From: Narcine bancroftii
Taxonomy: Eukaryota
DNA: 64,000 nucleotides
Reading direction: 5' to 3'
Assembly: GCF_036971445.1 (NCBI RefSeq)
Contig: NC_091480.1
Location: 61,940,001-62,004,000 of the forward strand
The stretch's first letter is position 1; the number at the start of each line of letters is the position of its first letter. The translations under genes and the position numbers were made by a program. The notes under the pieces were generated by a model. The model ran no database searches, was not told the DNA's origin, and saw only the letters and a program-made list of their open reading frames with translations. Below, in pieces: positions 34,956 to 48,336 of the stretch.

Positions 34956-37510
34956 ATGGGGCCGAGACCAGGAGAAGCCCCCACCCAGGGATATGTAGAC
35001 TGGGTCTGTACTTCCTCCTCCCACTACTGGGCATTGAGGGGCCTACAGGCACGTCACCGACCACGGCTCACGGACACTCACATTGTAAGGGCCGAACCCT
35101 GCCTGTTTTCAGCTGGGTTGGTCTAGCACTTCCAGGGTTTACAATTTACTGCTCCTGTGCTTCATTTTGTTACTTTGTGTTGCATGTTTTGTGTGATATT
35201 ACCATAGGGGTTGTTTCCCACTGTACCCTCTGTGTCACTGGCCATGGTTTTCTGGAAGTTTTCCTGTTGATCAGAGCCATGTTTATTGGCAACGTATGCT
35301 GAGGGAAACCACAGGCCCACCTTTCCTGGTGCTGGTAAGCCCTCCCCATTGCTCCATTGGAGCCCCGCCTTGACTCCTATCGTGGCCACATGCTCCCCTG
35401 CCCCCTCAGCTTTGTCATCTCAAACCAGAAGAACCACCCATCCAGCTTCCCGTGACTCCTCTTCCCTTGGTAGAACCTTGTGCTGTCTGAACCCTGGAAT
35501 TCCAGCAGTCATTAACTCTCCCCCCACCTCCACACCTTCCCTCCCTCTCCCAGACACGAGGCTGGACCAACTCCACAACAAAGTCTTTAATGTCACATGT
35601 ACTGGGATACAGTGAAAGCCTGTCTTTGCCATGCAGGAAAGACCATTTGTACTGAAGTTCAACAGCTAGTGCAATAGGTTAGTGTCAAACCCCCCACAGT
35701 GAGGAACGACGTGGTGTCACAAATACACACCTCAACCACCCCGCCTCCTCCCGTGAGGGACGATGTGGGGCTACGCAGGCACACATCATACACCCCACTT
35801 CCAGTGAGGGACAGTGTGGGGTTTGAGGCCACTCAGACACAGCCCCCTCCAGTGATGGACTGAGGTGTGAGGCCAGACACAGACACTCCCCCCCCCCCCC
35901 ACCAGTGAGAGACAATGTGGGGCCACACATACATTCCTCTCCCCCAACCCCCTCTCCAGGGGCCCAAGAGCGAATTTGAGGCTTTTTTTGCAGAAGTTCC
36001 TGGACTTGGTATGTGAGCGGATGTTGGATGACAGGGAATACACAGATTCGAGCATTTGTCACCACTTCTACTAATGTGTATTGACTGGGGAGGGGGGGCA
36101 GCGAGGCTCAGCTCCAGATGGTCGGGCTACAGCTGACCTTGGGTGGGGCTAACCTCCAGACAGTCGAACTACAGTTGACCTGGGGTGGGGCCAATCTCCA
36201 GACAGTCAGAGTACAGCTGATTCAGGAGTGAGGCCCAGCTCCAGTTGAAATACAGCTGACCAGGGGGCAAGGCCCAACTCCAGACAGTCAGGCTACAGCT
36301 GACCTGGGGTGGGTCAGCTCTGGATAGTCGGACTACAGCTAACCTGGAGTGGGGCCCAGCTCCAGATAGTTGGACTACAGTTGGGTCCAGACAGGGGATG
36401 CAAAAATCTGGTGTAAAGGTGAAACTGTGGTGGAAGGAATGGGGGAGAAGAGACCTGTTGGGAATGTTCTCCCCAGGGAAAGGGTCAGGCCAGGAGTGAG
36501 GAAAGGAGAGGGTTCCACCTACCCCTCTGATGGGAAGATTCCTGCTGGAATTTTACTAGCATTCCCAGAGCTTGGAAGTTTCCAGGATTCAAGTACATCC
36601 TTCTCCATTCCGAAGCCTCCGACAGTTTGAGAAAGTCACTGAGCACGAGTTCACTGAGTTCCTTTCTCCCAGGAATCCAACACAAAGGATAGACTCTGCA
36701 GCAAGCAGTCAGGAAGGTCATGGTAGTCTCACCTATACCTTGGCCTAAAACCGGGCAAGGTTCACCTTACTCTGCCCCAGTCAACTACCTGCAGTTGTGA
36801 ATATTTACCATCAGCATCATATGGTAGCGTGTGTTGTAGCTGTGTGGCTGTAGCAAGGTGAAATTATGATGCTCTGTATTTGTGTGTATCACTTGGGAAA
36901 GTATACTAACTGGTTTGGATCTCAAGTGCCCAGGAGGCTGCAGACAGAGGCAAACCACTCCACCACTGGCTCTGACCTCCCATTCACTGAAGACATCTGC
37001 ATGAGGCATTGCCTCAAGAAGGCAGCCAATGTCATCAAGATCCTCCATCATCCTGGTCACCACCTCTTCTCACTGCTCCCTTTGGCAGAAGGTACAGAAG
37101 CCCGATGGTGGCACCTCCAGTTCCAGAATAGATTCTCTCCACAGCAATGTGGCTCCTGAACCTCCTCTACCCACAAACTACTCTGGGATCTCTATATCAC
37201 CTGACTGCACTACTGGCAACATTTTATTGCACTACCAACCAAGTGTGATCTTTCTTTACTAATTTTACTCTTTGTGGCATCTCAATCGTTGTTTGCTTGT
37301 TTTACATGCTGGGAAGGTTGCATCTGTACATGTGTATGTAACAATAATTCCTCATCTCATTCAGATCTCTGTGACCACACACTCCACGATGAACTCTTGA
37401 CCCATGCCCATCACCAGGAGGGCAGCTGGGGGCAGCAAGCTGTGGAACACAGGCTGGAACAGAGTGAAACTGACCTAAAAAAGCAACCACCTTGTCACTG
37501 GGTGCTGTGA
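34956..37510 (+). CDS. Candidate unrecognised spliced gene (exons 34956-35084, 35275-35334, 35410-35469, 35960-36008, 37365-37510; 147 aa)
   Basis: GT-AG junctions in compatible phases, Kozak-like ATG, AATAAA at 37541; no recognised homology. Confidence 0.35.
35690..35930. repeat. Degenerate minisatellite (CCAGTGAGGGACAGTGTGGGG-like)
   Basis: About 5 diverged copies. Confidence 0.6.
36110..36392. repeat. ~39-bp minisatellite (CTCCAGACAGTCGGACTACAGCTGACCTGGGG...)
   Basis: About 7 tandem copies. Confidence 0.85.
36860..37345 (+). mobile_element. Rex1/Babar-type LINE 3' fragment
   Basis: CLKKAANVIK..HHPGHHLFSLLP motif. Confidence 0.65.
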
Positions 37511-38364
37511 CCAGGCAGAGCAGCATGGAGTGTTTACTGAAATAAAGAGATGATGGAGGGCGGTCCTGTCGATCCTGCACCTCGGCACCTTCTTCCCTTT
37601 TCCTGTGGTGTTTGGGGTGGGGGGGGGGAGCAGATTTTCAACAGGTACTGCACCATCTTGAGAATACACTGCAGCCATCGGTGTCTGGATCTTTGGCCAT
37701 GGTGACACTGGTTCCTGGAGCGCAGGCACAGAGGGATGGAGGTGAAATCACAGTTGGACAGCAAGCTTTCACGTTCTGCTGGGGAAGCTGTCTGCCTGTA
37801 CACGTTCCTGTGGACAACAGACCACCTGCTTTCTGTTATGGTGATAAACTGGCCCTCTACATTGAACAGCAGGCCTCACAAACGGGGGAATTGCAATACC
37901 CTGGCTGCACCCAGCTTCTTCCAGAACCAGAGGTCAGGTATGTTCCTCCACTCACACCCAGTATTCCCACCAGTAGATTGAGCAATAGGTACACACTGTT
38001 GGAGCCACTCAGCAGGTCAGTCACCATGTGTGGTGAGACAAACCTCAGTCAATGCTTTGTCTCTGGGACCATGAACTTGGCTTCTCTTTCCAGGAGGCAG
38101 TGAGATTGTGATGTCCAGCACATTGTTGATCTCCATAAAATGGTCTTTATGGAAAGGAGATGGGGCAAGTGGGGGGTGGTGTGCTGATGGGGTCATTGCT
38201 GGAAGGGGGAGGAAGTGGCTTTATGGGCTACAGATGGATCTGGATGGTGGGAAGACAGATAGAGAGGGGATGACTCCTCGATGACTCCTCGAGCTTCATT
38301 ATTGCTCACCAAGTGTAGCCTGAACTTTTGGGTGTGGTAGGGCCAGGGGGCCTATACCCCAGAG

Positions 38365-38496
38365 TCAGGCCTCGCTCTCCCCAGCTGGGGTGTTCTGAAC
38401 TTCCTCCTCCAGGATGGGAACGATGAGGTTGTCCTTTGACATCAGGTTGTACTTGATGACAAACTTGGTGAATCGATGACACAGGAAGGTCTCGTT
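38365..38496 (-). CDS. MOB4: MOB4 (phocein) last coding exon
   Basis: [45 protein letters not shown] acceptor. Confidence 0.96.
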   Translation of the reverse strand, partial: NETFLCHRFTKFVIKYNLMSKDNLIVPILEEEVQNTPAGESEA

Positions 38497-38923
38497 CTGT
38501 TGTGGAGGAGAGGAGGGAGAATTACTGCACATTTCGGTCCATGACAATTTCCAGCCAGGCAGGCAGGTACCCTCTCCAGAGACGACGTTATGTCGACTCC
38601 CACCAGTAGATATTAACTGTAGCAATTTTCCCTCCCCCACCGGTACACAGTGACTGTAGTGATTCCCCCCCACCCCCGGTACACAGTGTCTGTAGCAATT
38701 CCCTCCCCCCCCCACTGAAGGCAATAAATGGTGGTCAATCCCATAGTAACACTCAACTCCACTGAAGATGAACGGGCTGACATCTGACAATCTATCCTGG
38801 ACATCCAATGGAATTGCTGTGCCCAAGACAGTGGCCACATATTGGAGGGAAGACCAGTGGATCAGCCAAGGTGACAGGTCACCTCTCACCTGACACTTTT
38901 CCTCCACCCGAGCTACAACTAAC

Positions 38924-39035
38924 CTCATAATCATCGAAGATCTGTCGGTGATGGAAATAAGCGTGTGAGAAGATACGGTAAATTCTTCGGCAGACTGAGC
39001 CCAGTTTGGCCACAGAGGACTCCTTGATACTCACC
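38924..39035 (-). CDS. MOB4: MOB4 exon 7
   Basis: [37 protein letters not shown]; 112 bp, AG/GT. Confidence 0.96.
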
Positions 39036-39284
39036 CTGTTGGGCCAACAAGGGTAGCATTAGCTCAGGAAGACACCCATGGCGTGTGGGGAGTGGTGGTT
39101 CTGGAGATGGAGGGCAGGAATTACTCTGGGGTGGGGACAGGGAGTGGAGGATTGATCAGCAGGGTGTCACCTGTACACAGATACAGTGAAAACATTTGTG
39201 TGCTATCCACACAGGTCAAACATACTGAAGTACAACATGTCATGCAACATTAAAATAGGAACAGGAGTGCAGTGATACAGTGAA

Positions 39285-39590
39285 AGGCAAGGTATAGTGC
39301 AGGGCGGGGTGTTACAGTGGGTCACAGAGAGCAGGGCATGGTGTTACAATGGGTCACAGAGTGTGGTGTTACAGTGGGTCACAGAGTGCGGTGCTACAGT
39401 GAGTCACAGAGTGCATGGTGTGGTGTTACAGTGAATAATGGGGTGCACATGTGGAGCTACAGTGGGTTGTGGTGTTAGTGGGTCATGGGGTGCACCTGTG
39501 GGGTTACAGTGAGTCACAGGGTGCAGGTGTGGGGTGACAGTGGGTTGTAGTGTTACAATGGGACATGAGATGCAGATGTGGGGTGATCAG
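39285..39590. repeat. Minisatellite GTGTTACAGTGGGTCACAGAG-like in MOB4 intron
   Basis: About 10 imperfect copies. Confidence 0.8.
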
Positions 39591-39953
39591 TGCAGGGACA
39601 TTGTTTATCAGTGAGGGATCCATTCAAATGAAGACACCACCAATGTATGGGGTGATGGGAAGTGTGGTTGAGGAAGGACCTGTGGGTTGGGGAGAATGTG
39701 AGAAAGGGGAGAGCTGTGTTTACACATTTCGAGCACAGATAAACAGGGAGGGGGACTTTGTTAGGGGGTCAGGTACAGAGTGGTCAGTGAGTAGGGTTTT
39801 GGAGGGAAGTACAGGGAGCTCTGCAGCTTGTGATCATCATACTGCAGACACCACTCAGCCCACCTACCCACTGGTTTGAGCCTGAGCCTAAGATGCTCTC
39901 CTCTACATCCCCCCTCTAATATCTCTATAGACTCACCAGTCCCCAGGACCTAC

Positions 39954-40033
39954 CTGCTGGGAAAGTACTTGTTGCTGTTGAGCAGGCAAGCAGCCCCATC
40001 CAGCGTGTGTCTGGTGTAGTCGATCGCTGGACA
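39954..40033 (-). CDS. MOB4: MOB4 exon 6
   Basis: [26 protein letters not shown](R); 80 bp, AG/GT. Confidence 0.96.
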
Positions 40034-41075
40034 CTGAAACCAGAGACTTAGAATGAGCTAAGGGCAGAACCTGGTGCTCAGACACAAAAAACATTCCCAG
40101 GCAACTGCAGCTGCCAGTCAGGAAGGCCAATGGCAGTTGAGCCTTTACTGAAATGGGTTGGACTTTAGGAATTGGTGAGGGTTGTTTCAGGATGTTGGTG
40201 AGGTCTTTCCTGGAGTAAGCTACACAGAAGAATGTTTACACAAAAATGCTGGAGAAACTCATCCAGTGTTCTTTATCCAGCAAAGATAAAGATACATAAC
40301 CAACATTTTGGGCCTGAGCCCTTCATCAAGGTATGAAAAAATGCAGACAGGCACCTGAATAAAATGGTAGGCAGAGGGGCATGAGGAGGAGATTGACAGG
40401 TTCTTGATTAGCCAGGGCATCAAGGGTCATGGGGAGAAGGCCAGGCAGTGGGGCTGAGTGGGAATATGCAGCAGTTCATGATTAAATAGCAGGGCAGATG
40501 ATGGGCTGAATAGCCTATTTCTGCTCCAATGTCTGATGGTCTTTCTCCAACATTTTTGTGTAAACTACAATCACAGTGTCTAGGGTTTCTATTTTAACAG
40601 GAAGGATATACTGCCATTGGACACATTGGAGAATGACCAGGATCATCCATGGGTGAGAGCATGGTCTTGTCAGAAAAGGGTGAAGAAAATTGGTTTGAGC
40701 AGTGTCAATGGGAGAAAACAAATGGACATGATTTCAGGCTGCAATCCTTCATCAGGAGTCGTTATGAAGTGTTCCAGACCAAAACATCGACCGTTCTTGT
40801 TCTCCAACCGATGCTGCTTGACCCGTTGTGTTCCTCCAGTGGAATGTGTGTTACCCTCAGCAGTCTCTCCTTTATATCCTGAAGATTTGGACTGTGTTCT
40901 TTGGAGTTCAGAAGAATGAGGGGTGATTTTATTGAAACATCTCAGATCCTGAGATGCTGAGCAAACAAAGTGAAGCTGAAGGTACTCCAACAAGTGTACT
41001 TTGGCAAGTCAAACCACGATAGAATGTACTGTAGATGATCAGGCCAGAGAGTGTTATAGATCAGAGGTATAGGTG

Positions 41076-43895
41076 AGCCTTTTCACCCAACTTATAATAT
41101 TTTTGTCATGATCTAATTATGTCTCTCTCGACTCTAAGCCTGCACAGAATTAAATATTAATTTCCTCAACTCTACCAATTTTCTCTTATCTTTATGTACT
41201 TGAATTTCCTTCTATAATTGAATTACTTCTTTCATATATTCTTTCTTTATTTTTGAAGTATAACTTCTTATTTGACCTCTCAAATATGCCTTCATAGAAT
41301 CCCATAATATAAACTTACTCGCAACTGAATCTTTATTAGTATCTAAAAAGTTATCTGTTGCTTCATATAATCACAAAATTCCCTTTTTTTCAACAAAGTT
41401 GTATTTAACCTCCATCTATAACCTACCTTTTGTTCTTCTTCCAATGAAATAGACAAAATTAAAGGGTGATAAAACCCGTGCTTGACATTCCACTCTTTGT
41501 ACTCTATATTGAAATTGTGCAGAAATTAAAAACATATCTATCCGTGAATATGTTTTAAATCGAAAAGAATAAAAAGAATAATCTCTCATTTGGGTGAATG
41601 CACATCTTTCATCAAATCTGTTACCATTTTTGCTACCTTATTTTTCACCATTCTATCTCCCGCTCTATCTAATTTAAGGTTCAAAGCAAAATTAAAATCC
41701 CCTCCCAATATAACTTTCCCCTTGGTATTTGATAAATTCATAAAAACATCTTGCACAAATTTGCTATCATCTACATTTGGTGCACATACATTGATTATGA
41801 GTTGGGTGAAAGGGTTCATAAAGTTTTAGCATGGCAATTAAAAATGGAACAAATTTCTGGAATGATAATAGCAACTAAGAAATCATCAGGACAGATAACT
41901 TAAAAAATGCAAGAAATAAATGATAATTTTGAAGAATTTTATGCTAAACTTTGTCATTCAGAATCTATGAAAGATAATAAGAGATTATTTGAGACAAGTT
42001 AAATTACCAATGTTAAAGGAGGATGAAAAGTTAAGACTGTCTCAGATTTTTCAGAAATAGAAGTTTATGAGACCCTAATGTCATTGCAGAATAATAAGGT
42101 GCCAGATGAAGATGGTTTTCCACCAGAATTTTACAAGGAGTTATTAATACCTGCATTGATGGAGGTATTAAGTCAAATAAAAAAGGTTCATGATTTACCA
42201 GAATCTTTTAAAACAGCATTAATAACTGTAATTGCAAAAAGGGTAAGATTGTCTACAATCTTCCTCATATAGACCTATATCATTATTGAATAGAGACTAT
42301 AAAATTGAATCAAAATTGTTAGCGAATAGATTAGTTGAACTTTTGCCAAAGTTAAGATCAAACTGGTTTTATTAAAAATAGAAAAGCAGCAGACAATATG
42401 GATGAATGCTGAGATTGTCAAATGGATTCAATGGTGGCTAGAAGATAGGCACCAGAGAGTCATGGTGGACAACTATCTGTCAGGATGGAGACCAGTAACG
42501 AGCGGTGTGCCTCAGGGAACGGTGTTGGGTCCCTGTTGGATGATGGAGTGGTAAATTTGGGTGAGTAAATATGCAGACAATACAAAAATAGGGGGAAGTT
42601 GTGGATAGTGAGGATGGTTTTTGTGGACTGCACAGAAGAGTGGGCTGAAAGGTGGCAGATGGAATTTAATGTAGATAAGTGTGAAGTGCTTCATTTTGGG
42701 AAGAATAATCAAAACAGGATGTATGCAGTGAAGGGAGGGCATTGAGGAATGCAGAGGAACAGAGATCTTGGAATTATGGTTCATCGTTCTTTGAAAGTGG
42801 ATTCTCATGTAGATAGGGTGTTGAAGAAGGCTTTTGGTATGCTGGCCTTTATAAATTATAGCATAGAATATAGGAGCTGGGAGGTGATGTTGAGTCTGTT
42901 CAAGGCATTGGTGAGGCCAAGTTTGGAATATTGTGTGCAGTTCTGGTTTCCAAATTATAGGAAGGATATCAATAAGGTAGAGAGGGTGCAGAGTAGATTT
43001 ACTAAAATGTTGCTTGGATTGCAGTATCTAGAATACGGAGAAATATTGAGTAGACCAGGTCTTTATTCATTGCAGTGTAGAAGGTGGAGGGGGGATTTGA
43101 TAGAGGTCTATAAAATTATGAGGGGAATAGATAGGGTAGATGTAAATACGCTCTTCCCCTTGATGGTAGGAGAGATTGGAAAGAGGGGTCATAAGTTAAG
43201 GGTTAGGGGGCAAAACTTTAGAAGTAACATAAGAGGAAGCTTCTTCACTCAGAGAGTGGTGGCTGAGTGGAATGACCTTCCGGAAGAGGTGGTTGCAGCA
43301 GGGTCAATTATGTCAGTTAAGAGGAGGTTGGATGAGTACATGGGTGTGAGAGGGTTGGAGGGATATGGGCAGGGAGCAGGTAGGTGGAACTAGTGGAGTT
43401 CACTTAAATTGGTGCAGACTAGAAGGGCCGACGTGGCCTGTTTCTGTACTGTAATTGTTAAATAATATAGTTAAATTTTTAAGTTTGATAAATATAGCAC
43501 AAAATAGAAAGATTCCCAAGGTAGCATTAGATGCAGAGAAAGCATTTGATTGATTGGAATGGGATTTTTTAAATTTGAGACACTTAATGCTTTTTGGATT
43601 GCAAATACTTTTATAAATTGGATAAAGGCATTGTATATTGATCAACCAAAAGCAAAAGTGATTACAAATAAACAAACCTCACAACCTTTTTTGCTAAAAA
43701 GGTCTTCTAGACAATGTTGTCCATTATTACCCTTTTTATTTTCATTAGCGATTGAGCTATTAGCAGAAATAATTAGAACTGATAATGAAATTACAGAATT
43801 TAAAGTAGGTAATAAGGAACATAAAATTAGTTTATTTGCTGATGATGTTATAGAATATTTAACGAGACCAGAAATATCTTTAAATAAGTTGAATG
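41076..43895. mobile_element. Old L1 fragment, inverted and 3'-truncated, containing a CR1
   Basis: EN region on - strand to ~41790, RT region on + strand; TSD AGAGGTATAGGTG (41063-41075 / 43896-43908); sits in a CR1 that resumes at 43909-44460. Confidence 0.75.
42400..43465 (+). mobile_element. CR1 LINE 3' part
   Basis: LVRPSLEYCVQFW, RGDLIEVYKI, FFTQRVV motifs. Confidence 0.9.
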
Positions 43896-44653
43896 AGAGG
43901 TATAGGTGCATAGTTCCTTGAAAGTGGTAACACAGGTGGTCAAGGTGATGAACAAGTTTGGAATGCTTGCCTTCATTGGGAGGATATTGAGTACAGGAGC
44001 AGGGACTTCATGTTACAAGTGAGGCTGCACTTGGAATACTGGGTGCAGATTTGGTTGCCCAGGTTATCAATAAGTTGGAAGGGGTAAAGAGGAGATTCAC
44101 CAGGCTGTTCCCAGGACTGGAGGGCTTGAGTTACAGGGAGCGGTTAGATAGTTTGGTCTTGGAGGGTAGGAGGCTGAGTGGGGACCTTGTAGAAGTTTAC
44201 AACATCATGATGGCCGTGGATAAGGTGAATACTCAGTCCTTTCCCAGGAAAAACAATTCTAGAATATCAATTAGGATGAGAGGAAAGAAATTTAAGGGGA
44301 CAATTTTCCAATCCAAGGGTGGCTTGTATCTGGAACAAGCTGCAAGAAGAAATTATAAAACCAGCTAAAATCTCAATATTCAAAAGACATTTGGACAGCA
44401 GTGTGGCCAGGATGGGTGATGAAGGATATGGACCAAGTGCAGGCAAATTGGATGAAGCTAAGGAGCCCGTGGATTTAGGAGTTTGTGGGAGGTGCTGAAG
44501 TTGAGGGAGATTTGACCATTACTGAATGAGTGAGGAGACTGGGGAGCCTGTGGCTGCTCCTAGCACTCTCCAGGAGTAGCCCACAGCATGAGGCCATTGG
44601 GGACGATTCAACCCTCCCTCCCTGAACCAGCACCCCTCCCTCAGCTTGCCCAC

Positions 44654-44740
44654 CTCTTTTGGAGTCTTGTGTGCAGCGCACAAAAAGATCCACTGTTCCG
44701 TGGCCGTCATTTGCGTGCAAGTATCCGAGTGGCACTCACT
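44654..44740 (-). CDS. MOB4: MOB4 exon 5
   Basis: [29 protein letters not shown]; 87 bp. Confidence 0.96.
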
Positions 44741-44950
44741 CTGTGGGGAGCAGACACACAGGCAAATAAGGTCACAGAGAAAGGAAGAAGCGAAGAGGAG
44801 AGGGGTGTTGGGGAGGAGGAGGCGGAGAGGTGGGGGGCTGGGTGGGGGGGGGGGTGCGGTCAGGGTTAAGAGGAGAGAAATAACAGACCAACATACAAAA
44901 GTGATCTCAGTAGAGTAAAAATTTTAGTACTTTCTCAAGATTTTACTCAC

Positions 44951-44993
44951 TTGCAGCTTGACAGCCAGGTCATTTAGTTCGAGGCAGAATTGC
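44951..44993 (-). CDS. MOB4: MOB4 exon 4
   Basis: (R)QFCLELNDLAVKLQ; 43 bp. Confidence 0.94.
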
Positions 44994-45057
44994 CTGAAAG
45001 AAAGTCAACACTTCATCTTTTGAATGGGTGAGACGAAATATACAATGAACAGCATCT

Positions 45058-45412
45058 CGTTCACCCTGCTTGTTCACCGTACCCACACCATCCTTCTCAA
45101 TCCGCCTGTTCACTATCCTGTTCACCCCAACTCTTCACTGTCCCCACATCATCCCGTTCACTCCGACTCTTTACCGTCCCCATACCATCCCGTTCACCCT
45201 GACTGTTCACCGTCCCCACACCATTCCATTCATCCCACCTGTTCACCGTCCCCACACTGTCCTGTTCACCGTCCCCACACCGTTCCATTCATCCCACCTG
45301 TTCACCGTTCCCACACTGTCCTGTTCACCCTGACTATTCACCGTCCCCACAATGTCCCATTTACCCCGACTGTTCACTGTCCCCACACCATCCCATTCAC
45401 CTGACTGTTCAC
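45058..45412. repeat. ~35-bp minisatellite CTGTTCACCGTCCCCACACCATCCCGTTCACCCCGA
   Basis: About 10 copies filling most of MOB4 intron 3. Confidence 0.88.
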
Positions 45413-45551
45413 TGACACATACCAAAGGCAGGGACAGCGTGAACAGTGGGTTCAGATACTGCTTCCCCCACTCCCCCCCAGGACAACTCCACCAACCAGA
45501 TTCTGGCCTCAAGCTGCTATCAGGTGGCACTGTCTCCCTGGAAGACCTCAC

Positions 45552-45652
45552 CTGAGGTGTTCGTATTTCCACACACCCTCATCCTGTCCTTCCGGTGGCT
45601 CCAGGATCTTCTCAATTTCTGCTGCATCCTCCCGAATACTCTGCTGGATGTA
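45552..45652 (-). CDS. MOB4: MOB4 exon 3
   Basis: [33 protein letters not shown]; 101 bp. Confidence 0.95.
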
Positions 45653-46372
45653 CTGGGGTGGGCAGGGAGCAGAGGGTGGGTCGTCACACACAATCATCCA
45701 TTAGGTTTGCTCATAAACCAGGCAAATCACAGCAACCCCCTCTATTCTGGTTGTCTCTGTTTGGCAGTCTGGACTTGATAGCCTTCCCAAACTTGTTGCT
45801 GCAAATCGATGTTGCTAACCATTCACAATAGGGGCATACTTCAGTCACAGAGACTAGGAGGGGGAATGCTGGCCTCCCTCTTTCCAGCTGGGCCCAGCCG
45901 TCGGAGTGACAGAGCCTGGAAACGGGCCCTTTGGCTCACTGTTTGATTCAACCCATTGACACTGATCCCCAGATTCTCTCCCTTCCGCACACCCAGAGTG
46001 ATCCACAGCACCTAGACAGTTCAGTTCCTTGTCCTTGAGCCCACAAGCTTGGTCTATAAAGCCCAGCATCCCTTGTGGTTTTATAAGCTGCAATTTCCTG
46101 ACTGCCCTCCTCCAGGTCACCTCTGGTCTTCCCCTCCCCCCACCCCCCATACCTCTTCCAACTGTGCCTGGTGTTTCCAATCAAATATCAACTCTCCTTC
46201 CCCACTACTCCTTTTACAAGGTAATTGCTGGGAGGAGCAATTGGGACAGAAGCAGGTTTTCAACCCACACTGCCATAATGACCACCATACCTGTCCACAT
46301 TAATCTCATGCCTCCATTAACTTCATATCCCTCTATTTCCTGCTCATTCAACTCACTCTCTAGATGTCTCTT

Positions 46373-46543
46373 ATTTTTTGTTAATTTTTTTTTATTTTTC
46401 ACACTATAAACCACATTGATCAAGATACATACATTTTTCTTTTCCAAATATATACAGTGTCGTTTTCTCCCCCCCTCCCTCTTCCCATCCCACCCTCCCT
46501 ACCTCCCCTCCCATTCATTTAAAGTACAGAATCTAAGATACAT
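46373..46543 (-). mobile_element. Severely 5'-truncated L1 (3' UTR only)
   Basis: Poly(T) plus family 3' end; TSD TAGATGTCTCTT. Confidence 0.85.
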
Positions 46544-46935
46544 TAGATGTCTCTTCCATGTTGTTCCTGTTCCTCCCTTCTCCAGCAGCTCATTCAACAC
46601 TTCTCTGTGTGAAAATTTACCTTTCAAATCCTCTTTCAACCTCCTCCCTCTCACCTTAAACCAGGGCCCTCCTGTTTTAGACAGCCCTACTCTGGAAAAC
46701 ACACTATTCTATGGACATAGGAAGAACAAGTGAGGGATGACCTTATTGACGTCGACCTCCCCTCCTTTGCCTCTACCAGTACCTCCAGCTGCCTCGGGAA
46801 CACTGCCAGTGTGTAAAAGGACTTATTGCACCCCAGTCACACTCTCTTCTCTCCCTTTCCTTCTGGGCAAAAGATACAAGCTTGAAGACACAAACTTCCA
46901 AATTCAAGCCAGTTCCTTTCATACTTTGACATATA

Positions 46936-47095
46936 CTGTATATACTCGTGTAATGGTTGATCCTGTGTAATAGTTGACCCCCTTTTTTGGCCCAAAAATC
47001 GTATGTTTTCTATATGACCCATGTAAAAGTCAACCCCTCAAATTTGACCCGAAAAATTGGCCCCCAAAATTCGACTATTACACAAGTATATACGA
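46936..47095. mobile_element. Tc1/mariner (pogo-type) MITE
   Basis: TIRs CTGTATATACTCGTGTAAT / ATTACACAAGTATATACGA with TA flanks. Confidence 0.7.
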
Positions 47096-47539
47096 TACCT
47101 CCTCCTTTTTCCTGACCAGAGCTCTGCAGTGCAGCACGAAACAGGTGCTGTTAAGACTTTTAATGTTTCCATCTGGCTTCTTGTAGCTGCTTTCCTCCAC
47201 TGTCCCTCAAACATACAAGCTGCATACAATGTGGAGGAAAACATGGAGAGAAGGCACAACCCCCTCACTGACAGTAAAAAAAAGTATTTTGTGAGAGGGG
47301 CCTTCTCACCAAACGAATGTTAGGGTTAAAGACCAGGCAATATTGTGAACAGCACACAAGCAGTCGATGAGATAAACACAAATATTCACCAGTCCTCTGT
47401 GTTGGACTCATTCGATTCTGGTAATTTCTGCTGACCTCAGAAGCAGAGTACTGGTTGCTATTTCAGAACAGGGACAAGTAAAAAGCTTTATAGTACTATA
47501 ATCAGTGACCAATGATAATGCGATAAGATTAAATAGATC

Positions 47540-48336
47540 GCCTCACCGGTCCCGACTGGACGGACGAACTGCCTTGGGCATCCGCTCCCCTCCCAAGCAT
47601 GATCTGCAGGCGTCATCAGCTGAGCTGGTCTACGGTGCACTACTGGTACTACCTGGTGAGTTCGTCAACGCACCTCATAATCCCCAGCAGTCGCCGCATG
47701 AAATATTTCCTCACCTCAGGGCACACTTGGACTCCTTCGAACCCCCTCCGCCGCCCAGGCATGGCACCTGCCTGACTCACGTTCCTGGCGAGTTGCTTTC
47801 CGCGGAATTCGTTTTCATTCGGCGGGGCCCGACCGCGGCACCTCTGCAGCGACTGTACGAGGGGCTATACTGGGTTATACAGCGTTCCGGCTCGACGTTC
47901 ACACTGGACTTGGGCGTCAGGAATGAGTTCTTTACCATGGACAGGCTGAAGCCAGTGCACCTCGATCCCACCCAGCCCAAGAAGCGAGGCCGCCCAGCAA
48001 AAAGGACATTGGCGCCGGTTCTGGTGGGGGGGGGGCCTGTGTGGCGGCTCACCACAAGGCAGGCGAACCGGCCTCGCTTGTAAGCCACGTGGCGGGGAAG
48101 CTGGCCAAAATGGTGCCGTCAGGGGTTTCCCTTCCTTCCAGCTCGGGGCTCAGAAACCCGCGCTTGGGGACCATGTGACTCCCAGGTGACGTCAGCGCCC
48201 TCCAGTGCGGTTCTCAGCCAGATCTGGGCTGGGAGTACAAGTGCAGCCCAGCAGCCTGCAATAAACTAGTCTGCTCACTGAGCTTAACCCGTCTGGTTGT
48301 GTGTGTTATTGCAGGAGCAGTGTAGCCGCCGCTACA
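47540..48336 (+). mobile_element. Gypsy 3' fragment: integrase C-terminus, PPT and LTR 48040-48336
   Basis: SSAELVYG, DRLKP motifs; G-rich PPT; TGTGGCGG...CCGCTACA. Confidence 0.85.

Noticed and set aside
37534..38145. hAT-like FWK..FPRL peptide and an exon-like segment on the - strand
   Set aside because: In-frame stop, no TIRs or further transposase; lies in the probable MOB4 3' UTR.
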